From: Marinobacter sp. | GTDB taxonomy: Bacteria; Pseudomonadota; Gammaproteobacteria; Pseudomonadales; Oleiphilaceae | Direction: 5' to 3' | Assembly (NCBI GenBank): GCA_014762755.1 | Contig: JABURI010000152.1 | Location: 592-64,591 of the forward strand | DNA length: 64,000 nt | Part shown: positions 50,766 to 60,740 of the stretch, in pieces | How positions within the stretch are numbered: the stretch's first letter is position 1 | Layout of the letters: each line of letters begins with the position of its first letter | Made by a program: the position numbers and the translations under genes | Notes under the pieces: generated by a model | What the model saw: only the letters and a program-made list of their open reading frames with translations | What the model was told of the DNA's origin: nothing | Databases searched by the model: none

Positions 50766-51587
50766 TTATTTCGGTAGTTGTTCCAGAACGCTGAGTACAT
50801 CCCTGATGCGTTCGTTCAGCGCCATGTTGTAGAGCGAATAGACCCCGGCCATGGCCACCACAAACAGACCACCGATACCCCAGAGCGGCAGTCCACTGCG
50901 CAGGCGGTTGCGGGCCGGCATCAGGTTTTCCGTGGCATCCGCCAGCGGTTGGCTGTCCCGGTCACCACGCAGTTCCCGGAGCTGATCATAGAGTCCGCGT
51001 ACCACCTGTTCGTATTCATCCCGGCCGTTTTCCATAACCTTGTAGCGGCCTTCAAATCCCAGGCTCAGGCACAGGTGGATGAACTCCAGCATGTCCCGGA
51101 AACGGGTCGGCTCCTTTTCCATGCGAGCCAGGATGGCGAACACCTTTTCACCGCCCCAGGTCTCGTTGTGGAAACGGCTGAGCAGCGAGTGTTGGGACCA
51201 GATACTGTGAGCCCCCCAGTCCGTGCCCAGCACGGCCTCATCAATAAAGGCACAGAGCACGTAGCGGTAGGCCACGACCGTGGGACGCTCGTAGCCCTGT
51301 TCCACCAGTTCCCGGTCCACGGCGGCCACTTCGTCCACCACCTGCTGGTACAGAGTTTCCACATCACGGAAATCCGCCAGCCGCCGTACCCGGATCACCA
51401 ACCCCAGCAACGGCGTGGCGGCGTCGATCAGCCGGTTGTCCTCGAGGCCGCGAAGCTGGAAGCTGCTGTCACCGGATCCGACCTGCGACTGTCCGGTGCC
51501 GTTATCGGCAAACAAAAGCTCGCTGAATGCACGATCACCCGAATCCCGGGTGCTGTCCGGTCTGTCCATTACCGGTGCATCTGCCAT
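50766..51587 (-). CDS. tssL: T6SS TssL (DotU)
   Basis: RYVLCAFIDEAV, SLLSRFHNETWGGEKVF, LGFEGRY, C-terminal TM. Confidence 0.95.
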   Translation of the reverse strand: MADAPVMDRPDSTRDSGDRAFSELLFADNGTGQSQVGSGDSSFQLRGLEDNRLIDAATPLLGLVIRVRRLADFRDVETLYQQVVDEVAAVDRELVEQGYERPTVVAYRYVLCAFIDEAVLGTDWGAHSIWSQHSLLSRFHNETWGGEKVFAILARMEKEPTRFRDMLEFIHLCLSLGFEGRYKVMENGRDEYEQVVRGLYDQLRELRGDRDSQPLADATENLMPARNRLRSGLPLWGIGGLFVVAMAGVYSLYNMALNERIRDVLSVLEQLPK

Positions 51588-51590
51588 GAG

Positions 51591-52925
51591 TTAGCTCCTG
51601 ATCGCCCAGAATTGCATTTCCAGCCCCGGGAAGCTGCCCGCCACGTGGAAGGCAAAACCACTGGCGTTGTCCAGCATCTGCCAGGCCTGGCTTTGATCGT
51701 CCAGCCGGAAGTACACGAACCCGGCATGATAGGGCAGCTGACGCGGGGCCACCGGCAGCGCTGAAAGTGGAATACCCGGTAGCTGCAGGCTGATGAGATC
51801 CCGAATATTCTCCACGGAGGCCACCTTGCACTGCTGAACGAACTGCTTGCGCAGATCGTCGAGCGGCATATCGGCTTTTACGGCCAGAATGAACTCGGCA
51901 CTGGTCATCAGCTGGCCATCCTGCACCGGCGCAACCGTGAGGCCGTATTGGCGTTGCTGTAGCGCAATGGACAAGGCCCGAGGCTCCAGCACGGTGCTCA
52001 GGGCCTGCCGTAAAATCTGCATCAGCGGGCTGAAACAACCTTCCGGAAGATCGTGGTCGTAAGGGGTGAACTCCCTTGGCAGCCGGCTTTCATCAGTAAA
52101 GGTCACCAGCTCGCCGCACAGTTCCAGAAGCGCCTCGTACAAGCGCTCCGGGTGCAGCTGCCGCAGCCGCGCAAGGTGCATGAAGCTGGGATGCGCCCGG
52201 TTCAGCATCTGTAACAGCATGAAATCCGACACATCGGCCACACCACCCTGGCCCGGTGCGCCCACCCGTTCGGCAATGTTGCGGGCCCGTTCCTGCATCA
52301 AGCCCGCCATTTCACCGACAAAACGCTGCAGCCGGGGCGCCGAACGCACGCTGAGCATGGTCGGCAGGAAGTTCGGGTCCATCACCAGGCTGCCATCGGG
52401 GCGCTTTTCCAGGATCCGGCCAACCGCCAGTGCGGCGTAGGCACTTCGGTCTTCCCGCTCCAGCATCAGGCGGGGAGCCACCCGTGCCACGTCGATGGTG
52501 TGGGCATCGCCGTCGATGGAGTGCAGATCACGGACTTCCACCTTCTGCGCCAGGAACCGGCCGGCCACCGGCGCCTCCGGCCATTCGACTTCGGCCAGGC
52601 TGTCGCTGCCCAGGGGCAGCGCCAGATAGACCACCTGGTTGGTCACCGAGGCGTCAGTGATTTCCAGCGGCTCCGGCATCACATCGTCTTGGGGCAGGTT
52701 GAACCGGGTACCGTCAGGAAACAGTCCCGAGGCCCGGACCAACCCCACCCGGCCGAAGCTCAGGTACTCCGCGTTCAGCTCCAGATCGCTGAATCCAAAA
52801 AGATAATCGGAAACTGCCAGGACCCGCTCGTTGATCTGGTGTTCCAGATAGCGTTGCTGTTGCTGGAAGTGCTGGGGTTTGATGAACAGCCCATCACTCC
52901 AGACCACTCGATTCGTGACTGCCAT
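51591..52925 (-). CDS. tssK: T6SS baseplate TssK
   Basis: VVWSDGLFIKPQHFQQQ, LPGIPL..LPVAPRQLPYHAG, FWAIRS. Confidence 0.96.
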   Translation of the reverse strand: MAVTNRVVWSDGLFIKPQHFQQQQRYLEHQINERVLAVSDYLFGFSDLELNAEYLSFGRVGLVRASGLFPDGTRFNLPQDDVMPEPLEITDASVTNQVVYLALPLGSDSLAEVEWPEAPVAGRFLAQKVEVRDLHSIDGDAHTIDVARVAPRLMLEREDRSAYAALAVGRILEKRPDGSLVMDPNFLPTMLSVRSAPRLQRFVGEMAGLMQERARNIAERVGAPGQGGVADVSDFMLLQMLNRAHPSFMHLARLRQLHPERLYEALLELCGELVTFTDESRLPREFTPYDHDLPEGCFSPLMQILRQALSTVLEPRALSIALQQRQYGLTVAPVQDGQLMTSAEFILAVKADMPLDDLRKQFVQQCKVASVENIRDLISLQLPGIPLSALPVAPRQLPYHAGFVYFRLDDQSQAWQMLDNASGFAFHVAGSFPGLEMQFWAIRS

Positions 52926-53458
52926 CAGCTTTCATCCGACCGTCTGAGTTGCACTTCGCGCTCGCGCAGGTTTACCAGCAGGTGATAGCGCCCGCCGATC
53001 GGGTCCACCTTCACTACCTTTTTCCACTGGGACAGATTCGGGTAGGCATAGAAGGCAATCACTCCGATGTAGCGGGTGTCTTCGCTGATCTCGAACGGTT
53101 CTACATACCTGAACTGGCCGGGCACCAGGCTGTAATCGCTGTGGCCCACGTAGTTCTGGCCCAGGGAGTCCTCCAGGTTGGTCAGCAGCTGGTCGAAGTC
53201 CCCCGCCATTAACAGGGAACTGTCACGCAGCTCGATTACCTGAAAGGCGATGGGTGTAGGTGCCAGAGACTGGTTGGGATTCACACCGGGCTCCGCGAGC
53301 ATCGTCAGGTCCACCCGGCTGGGCAGGTCTTCCGGGTACCCCACCGGGATATCGGGATCCCAGAGTACTTTGGCGGTCTTGGTCACCGCGTTGTAGGGGG
53401 TGCTACACCCCGCCAGCATCAAAGCAACAACCAGCAAGCTCCATTTGCAGGTCTTCAC
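52925..53458 (-). CDS. tssJ: T6SS lipoprotein TssJ
   Basis: Lipobox LAGC; NPN....P....V.EL; RYIGVIA.Y....WK. Confidence 0.9.
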   Translation of the reverse strand: MKTCKWSLLVVALMLAGCSTPYNAVTKTAKVLWDPDIPVGYPEDLPSRVDLTMLAEPGVNPNQSLAPTPIAFQVIELRDSSLLMAGDFDQLLTNLEDSLGQNYVGHSDYSLVPGQFRYVEPFEISEDTRYIGVIAFYAYPNLSQWKKVVKVDPIGGRYHLLVNLREREVQLRRSDES

Positions 53459-54783
53459 AACAGTCTCTCCCTCTGTAAGTGGCGCAAGTGTTGGTCGTAA
53501 GCCTGGTCGAACACCTCTTGAAACAGGCGCTCGAAACCCTGCTGACGACTGGATTTCAATTCACGGTAATAGTGTTGGTACATATCCCAGGCCCAATGCC
53601 CTTCGTCTTCGTTATCCTGCAGGCCACGGCGATAACCATGGAACCGGCGCAGCAGCGCTTCCGGTGAGAACGCGTGCAAAATGGCCTCCAACGCCTCACG
53701 AATGGCTTCCCGGGTGGCCTGCTGATGGTGGTTCAGGCTTTCCAGGCTCTCCCGGACTGCTGCAGGGGCCGACAGATGCACCGGACTGCGCTGGGCGGCA
53801 AACAGGGTCTGGATGGTGTCCGGATAATCATTAGCCAGACGCAACGGGTTATCCTCGATGGGCTGCAAACGTGTGCGCAGCGCCTGATGGCGACTGTCTT
53901 CACCCTGATGCAGCGCCAGCAAACCCTCAACCGTCGCCTTGAGGGTTTGCCCGGCTTCTTCCAGAAACAGGCGCATCTGGTCGCTGTCGGCAAAATCAAC
54001 ATCAGCGCCCAGGCCCCGAAGCAGCGGCGCACCACTGATGTGCTGTCGACTGACCTCCTGCGGATTTCGTGTGCTTTCGGACATTCCCTGTCGTTCCTTT
54101 TCGTCGCGTTGTGGAGTCACCGGCGGGCCCATGGCCACGTCCCGATTGTCGCGATATTCATCGCTGACGTCGGCCGAACGGGCAAACCACGCCCGGTCAC
54201 TGGCCAGCAGCTCCGGCGCTTCCTCCTCCGCGCGGGCCGGCTTTTGCTGCCAGTGCGCCAGCGGGTCGCGACTGACCGGATCGCCTGCGGCCGGTTGCAG
54301 CCCTTCCAGGGGTTCGTGGCCTACAGACTGGTTCTGCTCATTGGTGGCATGCCGCAACTCACTTTCCGGAGCGTCCACCAGGCTGTGATGCTGCAGTACG
54401 TCGTCTTCCGTTTCACCCATGACCGCCGGCACGGCGGACAGTTCGGCCCGTATCTGGTAGCGGCCAATGGTCACGCTGTCGCCATGACTCAGTCGGGCGC
54501 GGCGACCGCGCCCCACTGGCTGGCTGTTGCTGTTGATGTAGGTGCGGCCGCTGCGGTCAATCAGGCAGTAACCACCATCCAGGTAGCGCACCTCGGCGTG
54601 GCCGGCCACGACACCGGTGCGATGAGGCGAAAGCTGCCAGCTGTCGCTGGCCGCGGTACCGATGGAGCCACCACGGGGCCCGAAGCTGTGCTTTATGCTG
54701 ACGCCACCACCGGTTTCCGTCGGGTTGGTGATCACCAATGTCAGTTCTGCTGTTTGCTGTGCCACGTCTCCGGCTCCCTGCAC
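53455..54783 (-). CDS. tagH: T6SS FHA-domain protein TagH
   Basis: FHA-like N-terminus (GGSIG..W.L..HAEV..LIDRS), IEDNPLR, FSPEALLRRF, WAWDMY, F..AY. Confidence 0.88.
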   Translation of the reverse strand: MQGAGDVAQQTAELTLVITNPTETGGGVSIKHSFGPRGGSIGTAASDSWQLSPHRTGVVAGHAEVRYLDGGYCLIDRSGRTYINSNSQPVGRGRRARLSHGDSVTIGRYQIRAELSAVPAVMGETEDDVLQHHSLVDAPESELRHATNEQNQSVGHEPLEGLQPAAGDPVSRDPLAHWQQKPARAEEEAPELLASDRAWFARSADVSDEYRDNRDVAMGPPVTPQRDEKERQGMSESTRNPQEVSRQHISGAPLLRGLGADVDFADSDQMRLFLEEAGQTLKATVEGLLALHQGEDSRHQALRTRLQPIEDNPLRLANDYPDTIQTLFAAQRSPVHLSAPAAVRESLESLNHHQQATREAIREALEAILHAFSPEALLRRFHGYRRGLQDNEDEGHWAWDMYQHYYRELKSSRQQGFERLFQEVFDQAYDQHLRHLQRERLL

Positions 54784-55799
54784 TAACGTCTGATCTGTAT
54801 TCGCACTGCCGGGCGTTCACGGGCCCGTTCCGGTGTCACGAAGGAATTCCAGCCCAGGCGAACATCCTCGCCGAGCTGTATCGGACGAATATCCCTGGGC
54901 CGCATTTGCAGCTCCAGGTCGTAAGCCAGCTGTTCTCGGGTGGCGAACTCCAGCAATTTGACCAGGCGCCGGTGGTCCCGGCCATTGGGCAGGAAGTCCG
55001 CGAATCGCTGCCGGGTCAGATTGCGCAGCCGGAGTATGAACTTGCCACTGCGATCCCGGATGCGGGAACCCATCAGGGTGTCATGGCCCAGGTTAGCGTT
55101 GGCGCCGCCCAGGGAGGTCTGCTGATGGCGGGCAATGTCCACTTTGCGCAGCACCCACTGTTCGATGCTGACGTTGTCCAGATCAAAACAGTGCGCGACG
55201 ATGCCGCTGACCACTTCCGGCGACCGGCTTCGGCCGGCCATCAGACCGGCGTAGGCGAGCATTTTGGACCAGTGCACCGGCGTCGCCTGCCGCAACCGAC
55301 CGTCACCCAGTCCGGTCAGGGCAAAGACCAGCTCCGAAAAGCCATCGCTGGCCCCGGGCTGAAAGCGGATGTAATACCGGTACTTGCGCCAGGCACGGTG
55401 GAACAGGGTCACCAACCGGTGGTTGAAGAAATCCAGAAAATGCCGGCGTACGCCAAGGTCCTGCCCGGCTTCCCAGGCCAGATCCTCCAGATAGTACCCC
55501 GGCAGCGGCGACTGCGCCCCGTGCAGGCCAAGGAAGCTGACCTCCATCTGGTAAGGCGCGTGTTCATGCTCCGGCAAAAGCGCTGACACCACATCACTGC
55601 CGGGAAACCCCAGGCCGGCCGAGGCCGAGAACCGGATGCGCTCCCGGCGAGGTTCGTCGTACCCCGCACGCTCCAGATCGTCACCGTGATGCCGGTGAAT
55701 CAGATCCACCAACTGGAAAAAACTGTATCGCCGCGCATTGCCCAGAACGGGTTCCAGCCCGACTACATCAGCGGCTGCTGACCTTGCTGTAACGTCCAT
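54783..55799 (-). CDS. tssG: T6SS baseplate TssG
   Basis: YSFFQLV, LGFPGSD, FLGLHG..SPLP.YY, FLDFFNHRL...WRKYR. Confidence 0.95.
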   Translation of the reverse strand: MDVTARSAAADVVGLEPVLGNARRYSFFQLVDLIHRHHGDDLERAGYDEPRRERIRFSASAGLGFPGSDVVSALLPEHEHAPYQMEVSFLGLHGAQSPLPGYYLEDLAWEAGQDLGVRRHFLDFFNHRLVTLFHRAWRKYRYYIRFQPGASDGFSELVFALTGLGDGRLRQATPVHWSKMLAYAGLMAGRSRSPEVVSGIVAHCFDLDNVSIEQWVLRKVDIARHQQTSLGGANANLGHDTLMGSRIRDRSGKFILRLRNLTRQRFADFLPNGRDHRRLVKLLEFATREQLAYDLELQMRPRDIRPIQLGEDVRLGWNSFVTPERARERPAVRIQIRR

Positions 55800-57535
55800 G
55801 TGTACCGTTCCTGATTGTTCGTATTCACCACTTCCAGCTGGTGAAAGGCATTGATACTCGCGTATAGCGCAAAAAACTGGCTCAGCACCGTACCGAACAG
55901 GTAGAGGTCGCCCTCACTGGCAAACCCCTGCTGATCCAGCTGCAGCTGTGACCGGATACCGCGCACCGGTAGCCCGCGGATCATCCGGTCGACCGGTGTG
56001 GTGCTGATACCGCTGATGCCCGCCAGCCGTTGCCGGGAGACCCGCTCTGCCTGGCGGTCCACCAGGGCCCTGAAGTCATACACCCGCAGCACGGTGCGCA
56101 GGGCGTCGACATCCAGCATCGACTGATAGTTCAGTGACAGGTTGGAAATCAGTGTCCACAACAGGCTGCCATCCAGCGTCGGCCGCAAGGTGGCAGTCGG
56201 TCGTGTGATATTGCTGAAAGCCGCAAACGCCGGCGTTGTCTCGGTGGCCATACAAACCTCACCCACAGCCAGCTGCTGCGGCAACTGACGATTGGTGCAG
56301 GTGAGCGTGAGAGATACCGCTTCCTGGCGGTTCAGGCACTCGGTTTCATCACCGCGAACAAATGAGATGTAGTGATCAAAACCATCGCCGCGCACACTCT
56401 CCCGGGTGCGAACCCGGTAGTACAGCGCGGTGCGGCCGCAATCCCGCTCCACTTCATGCTGAAAACTCTCGAATGCCGTATAGATGCGCGGCTCGCCCCG
56501 ACCGGAGCGCCCCTCGAGCCAGCCCTCGACCTGCTCGATGCTGAACACCTCGAAGTGTTCCGGGCAACGACTGGACGGTGAGATGCGGTATTCGGTCTGG
56601 CGACCGTTCAGATCCACCGGCTCGCCTTCGTGGCTGAACAGGTTTACCGCCGGGGTGCAGTAAAGCTGCAGGGAATCCCGGGTCACCCGGTTGTCCGGCG
56701 GCAGAATCCGGCTGAAATGGAAACGCAGGCTGATCTCATCGGCCTGCACCGCGGGCAACCGGGACTTCAGACCGGTAACGTCCACAAACCGGAAGGCCTC
56801 CGGAAAGCTCAGGTACTCCTGGATAATCCGGTAGCCGGCATAGGCGTTCCTGGGATAAGGCAGAATCGCTTCGTCTGCCGCAAAGCCGACCGGCTGCAAC
56901 GAAGATGGAGGCAGGCTGAGCACACGGTCGCCCACCACGAGCTCCATGCGGCTGAGGTAATGATTCAGCCACAGATACAGGGTCTCCGCCGTGTGGTTGT
57001 CACCCCCCAGGTAGAAACGCAGATTCTCCAGGCCTATGCCATTCAGCGGCTGGTCGGTGTGCAAAGCCAGATCCACGGTCACGGAAGAGACTTCCCGCGA
57101 GTGCTCGGCATGGGCTTCAGCCACGCTGATGGGAAACACTTCCACCGCCCGGCAGGTGCGGAACCGGCACTGGGTCTGGCGGCTGGCGTCGCTCAGCGGA
57201 CGACTCTTGATCTCGGTAAGGCGATCCACCATCTGGCGCTCGCTGATGGCATGCAGTTGCGGATCAAAGCGCATGATCGTGCAGCTGGGCACCGGCCGGA
57301 GGTAGTTGGGCCAGAGCATGTTCAGCAACGAGTGGGTCAGCTCGGGAAACTCGTCCTCGACTTTTTCCCGCAGCTTGCCGGTCAGGAAGGCAAAACCTTC
57401 CAGCAGGCGCTCTACATCCGGGTCGGTGCTCTGTTCCGACAAGAAGCGGGTGAGCTGTGGGTGTGCCTCGGCAAACTCCCTGCCCTGCAACCGCAAAAAA
57501 CTCAGCTCATCCCTGTAAAAGCGATTCAGTTTCAT
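55763..57535 (-). CDS. tssF: T6SS baseplate TssF
   Basis: EL.FLR..GREFA..HP, DPDVERLLEGFAFL, CTPAVNLF, W.LISNLSLNY, YASINAF. Confidence 0.96.
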   Translation of the reverse strand: MKLNRFYRDELSFLRLQGREFAEAHPQLTRFLSEQSTDPDVERLLEGFAFLTGKLREKVEDEFPELTHSLLNMLWPNYLRPVPSCTIMRFDPQLHAISERQMVDRLTEIKSRPLSDASRQTQCRFRTCRAVEVFPISVAEAHAEHSREVSSVTVDLALHTDQPLNGIGLENLRFYLGGDNHTAETLYLWLNHYLSRMELVVGDRVLSLPPSSLQPVGFAADEAILPYPRNAYAGYRIIQEYLSFPEAFRFVDVTGLKSRLPAVQADEISLRFHFSRILPPDNRVTRDSLQLYCTPAVNLFSHEGEPVDLNGRQTEYRISPSSRCPEHFEVFSIEQVEGWLEGRSGRGEPRIYTAFESFQHEVERDCGRTALYYRVRTRESVRGDGFDHYISFVRGDETECLNRQEAVSLTLTCTNRQLPQQLAVGEVCMATETTPAFAAFSNITRPTATLRPTLDGSLLWTLISNLSLNYQSMLDVDALRTVLRVYDFRALVDRQAERVSRQRLAGISGISTTPVDRMIRGLPVRGIRSQLQLDQQGFASEGDLYLFGTVLSQFFALYASINAFHQLEVVNTNNQERYTWTLQQGQQPLM

Positions 57536-57577
57536 GACCACTGCACCAATGTCGCCACCTCCTCCTATCCCTGCCGT

Positions 57578-58015
57578 CTAAATCACGCGGTAATACCGCT
57601 TGTCATCCAAAACCAGGTCTATCGTCGTCCGATCGTCGCTTCCCGCAACCTTCAGATAGACCGTCACCTGGAACTTCAACTGCAACGGGTTCGGGCCCGG
57701 TGGCATGGCCACCACATCCACCCGTTTAACCCGAGGCTCAAACTTCTCGATGCACTGACGGATCGCCCCGCGAATCTGGATGCTCAGATCATGGGTACCC
57801 AGGGTGGCGTCATTGAAATCCAGCAGCCCCAGATCCGGTGCGCTGCTGCTGTTGCCCGGATGAGCATTCAGCAAGCGCACCAGGTGGCGCTTGATGGATT
57901 CCTCCACATGGGTCAGTTCAGCCATGCCTTGTCCCGCCGGGGCGGCCGCCTGCTCGAGCCGTTCAAACAGACTGCCGGTGTTGCGAGCGCCGTCAGTGCC
58001 GGTGCCGCCGAACAC
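57578..58015 (-). CDS. tssE: T6SS baseplate TssE (gp25-like)
   Basis: SLFERL, SIKRHL.RLLN, DLGLLDFN, FEPRV. Confidence 0.92.
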   Translation of the reverse strand: MFGGTGTDGARNTGSLFERLEQAAAPAGQGMAELTHVEESIKRHLVRLLNAHPGNSSSAPDLGLLDFNDATLGTHDLSIQIRGAIRQCIEKFEPRVKRVDVVAMPPGPNPLQLKFQVTVYLKVAGSDDRTTIDLVLDDKRYYRVI

Positions 58016-58018
58016 GGA

Positions 58019-59500
58019 TTAATCCTTGTCCAGGCGGCCAACCAGCGAGAGTTCAAAGTTGGCACCCATGTACTTGAAGTGGGGGCGCACCGCCAGGGAC
58101 ACCTGGTACCAGCCCGGATCGCCTTCCACATCGGAGACTTCAACCTTCGCGGCACGCAGAGGGCGACGGCTACGGACGTCTGCGGGCGGGTTTTCCTGGT
58201 CCGCCACGTACTGGCGAATCCAGGTATTCAGCTCCCGCTCCAGATCCTGCCGCTCCTTCCAGGAACCTATCTGCTCCCGCTGCAGCACCTTGATGTAGTG
58301 CGCCAGGCGGTTCACGATCATCATGTACGGCAACTGGGTGCCCAGCTTGTAGTTGGTCTCCGCCTCCTTGCCTTCCCTGGTGTTCGGGAACTGCTTGGGC
58401 TTCTGCACCGAGTTGGCAGAGAAGAACGCGGCATTGTCACTGCCCTTGCGCATGGTCAGAGCGATGAAACCCTCTTCTGCCAGTTCGTATTCCCGGCGGT
58501 CGGTGATCAGCACCTCAGTCGGAATCTTGGCTTCCAGCTGACCGAAGGATTCAAAGGTGTGCACCGGCAGATCTTCCACCGCACCACCGCTCTGGGGACC
58601 GATGATGTTCGGGCACCAGCGATACCTGGCGAAGCTCTCGGTCAGACGGGTGGCCAGCAAATAGGAAGTGTTACCCCACAGGTAGTGCTCGTGGTCACCG
58701 GAGACGTCTTCCTTGTAATTGAAGCTGCGCACCGGGTTTTCGGTGGGATCGTAAGGTACCCGCAGCAGGAAACGCGGCGCCGTCAGGCCCAAGTAACGAG
58801 CATCTTCGGATTCTCGCAGGGAGCGCCACTTGGCGTATTTCGGGCCCTCGAAAACCGCGCTCAGCTCCTTGATCGCTGGCAGCTCCTGGTAACTGTCGAC
58901 GCCAAAGAAAGACGGTGCAACCGAGGACAGGAAAGGCGCGTGGGACATGGCGCCGACAGAGGCCACATACTGCAGCAGTTTCATATCCGGCGTCGACGGA
59001 CTGAAGGCGTAATTGCCAACGATGGCACCCACCGGCTCACCACCGAACTGGCCATACTCGGCGGCGTAGATGTGCTTGTAGAAGCCGGTCTGGGTAACGT
59101 CCGGGGCGAACTCGAAGTCTTCCAGCAGTTCGGTCTTGGTGGCATGCAGGATATCCACCTTGATGTTTTCGCGGAAATCGGTGCGATCCACCATCAGTTT
59201 CAGGCCGCGCCAGGACGATTCCAGTTCCTGCAGCCTGGGTGCGTGCAGGATCTCATCCATCTGGGCGCTGATTTTACGATCCAGCTCGACCACCATCTGG
59301 TCTACCAGGGCCTTGTTGACCGGCTGGCCTTTTTCATCGCTCTTCAGCAGGTTGGCAATAAACGTGGCCACCCCTTTGCGGGCCACATCGTAGCCTTCAT
59401 CGGCCGGCGCCATGCGACTATTGGCCATGACCTGATCCAGCAAGGATCCTTCGGCAACGGAATCGGAGACAGCAGATTGCTGCACAGCAGTATCAGACAT
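58019..59500 (-). CDS. tssC: T6SS sheath large subunit TssC (VipB)
   Basis: LESSWRGL, EYGQFGGEP, RFLLR.PY, GPQSGGAVEDLP, RLAHYIKV, RPHFKY. Confidence 0.97.
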   Translation of the reverse strand: MSDTAVQQSAVSDSVAEGSLLDQVMANSRMAPADEGYDVARKGVATFIANLLKSDEKGQPVNKALVDQMVVELDRKISAQMDEILHAPRLQELESSWRGLKLMVDRTDFRENIKVDILHATKTELLEDFEFAPDVTQTGFYKHIYAAEYGQFGGEPVGAIVGNYAFSPSTPDMKLLQYVASVGAMSHAPFLSSVAPSFFGVDSYQELPAIKELSAVFEGPKYAKWRSLRESEDARYLGLTAPRFLLRVPYDPTENPVRSFNYKEDVSGDHEHYLWGNTSYLLATRLTESFARYRWCPNIIGPQSGGAVEDLPVHTFESFGQLEAKIPTEVLITDRREYELAEEGFIALTMRKGSDNAAFFSANSVQKPKQFPNTREGKEAETNYKLGTQLPYMMIVNRLAHYIKVLQREQIGSWKERQDLERELNTWIRQYVADQENPPADVRSRRPLRAAKVEVSDVEGDPGWYQVSLAVRPHFKYMGANFELSLVGRLDKD

Positions 59501-59564
59501 ACCACATCCCTTCAGTACGTGATTGATATTCGGAATTGTTCGCCGCGTTGCGACGTGAGAGCGA

Positions 59565-60059
59565 TTACTCGCCGTCGGTGGCCAGTTCCAGTTCAGCCAG
59601 CAGCTTGTCTCGGGCCTGGTCGTCGTCGAGCAGCTCCTGCAACTTCGAACGGAAGGACGGGACGTTACCCAGCGGTCCCTTCAGGGCAACCAAGGCTTCG
59701 CGCAGTTCGATCAACTTTTTCAGCTCGGGCACCTGGCGGGCGATGCTGTCCGGGGAGAAATCCTCAAGCCCCTGGAACGCCAGATTGACCGGCAGGTCAT
59801 CAGAGCCATCCTCAAGCTTGTTGGACACAGTCGTGGAAAGGGTCAGGCCGGATTCCTTCATGACCGAGCGGAAGTTGTTCGTGTCGACGGAAATGGCCTT
59901 GCGGTCTTCGATGGGGGTTTCTTCAGCATGACCCTTGAAATCGCCGACCACGAACATCTTCAGCGGCAGTTCGGTTTCGGCCTGCTGATCGCCGGTGGCG
60001 GGGACATACTTTATATTGATGCGCTCTTTAGGCGCGACGGAACCGTCTTTAGAAGACAT
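59565..60059 (-). CDS. tssB: T6SS sheath small subunit TssB (VipA)
   Basis: GSVAPKERINI, ELPLK..VVGDF, DFSPD.IA.QVPEL, LKGPLGN.P.FR. Confidence 0.96.
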   Translation of the reverse strand: MSSKDGSVAPKERINIKYVPATGDQQAETELPLKMFVVGDFKGHAEETPIEDRKAISVDTNNFRSVMKESGLTLSTTVSNKLEDGSDDLPVNLAFQGLEDFSPDSIARQVPELKKLIELREALVALKGPLGNVPSFRSKLQELLDDDQARDKLLAELELATDGE

Positions 60060-60342
60060 GATGGCGTGCTCCCTGTGCAAATCATTTGCAGTTGTTCAAT
60101 CCCTTGTACCTGCCCTCCTGGCAAGCAACGGCCGAAACTGTACACAGGTGCCCCCGCAGACTCAAGCCAAATCTGGCCCCCTATCGTCAACAATGTGACT
60201 TGGGCAAAGTTTTGCCAAACCCGGCCGGAATGTCGTTGATTACTTTGGCAACGGACAGTCAGGTCAATGACGCCCCCTGCCCCACTGTCTATACTCCCAG
60301 CATCCACCTCAGGACAGAACCATCAACACCAAGGAGCATCCC

Positions 60343-60603
60343 ATGAGTGACCTGAAAGCCAAATTCGACGACGCAGTGAACTACATCCAGACCGCCGAAG
60401 GCGATTTCAAACCTTCCAACGAGATGAAACTGGAGTTTTACGCCCTGTACAAGCAGGCCACCGAGGGCGACGTCTCGGGCAAGCGCCCGGGCATGATGGA
60501 TTTTGTCGGTCGTGCCAAGTATGACGCCTGGGACAAGCTCAAGGGCATGTCCAAGGACGATGCCATGCAGCAGTACGTGGACAAGCTGGAAGCGCTGAAA
60601 TAA
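60343..60603 (+). CDS. Acyl-CoA-binding protein
   Basis: LEFYALYKQATEGD, AKYDAW..LKGMSK..AM..Y; AAGGAG RBS. Confidence 0.93.
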   Translation: MSDLKAKFDDAVNYIQTAEGDFKPSNEMKLEFYALYKQATEGDVSGKRPGMMDFVGRAKYDAWDKLKGMSKDDAMQQYVDKLEALK

Positions 60604-60621
60604 TCGCCCGTTCAGGGACCT

Positions 60622-60642
60622 GGGGCGATTTGTAATCGCCCC
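60622..60642 (+). terminator. Probable terminator hairpin after ACBP
   Basis: GGGGCGATT-TGT-AATCGCCCC; weak U-tract. Confidence 0.5.
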
Positions 60643-60740
60643 TTAACAAACCGTAAAAGGAAAATTTTGCGACCTTCAAACGATTGTCATAAGATGCGGC
60701 CAACATAACAAGAACGATCCCAAGCGGAAGAGTTTTACCC

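Noticed and set aside
56630-59788. 1052-aa plus-strand ORF
   Set aside because: Antisense shadow of tssF/E/C/B caused by high-GC codon bias; no recognisable motifs.
60202-60217. Sigma-54 promoter for tssB (minus strand TGGCAAAACTTTGC)
   Set aside because: GG-to-GC spacing is 9 rather than the required 10. It remains only a short palindrome (GGCAAA-GT-TTTGCC) of unknown meaning.
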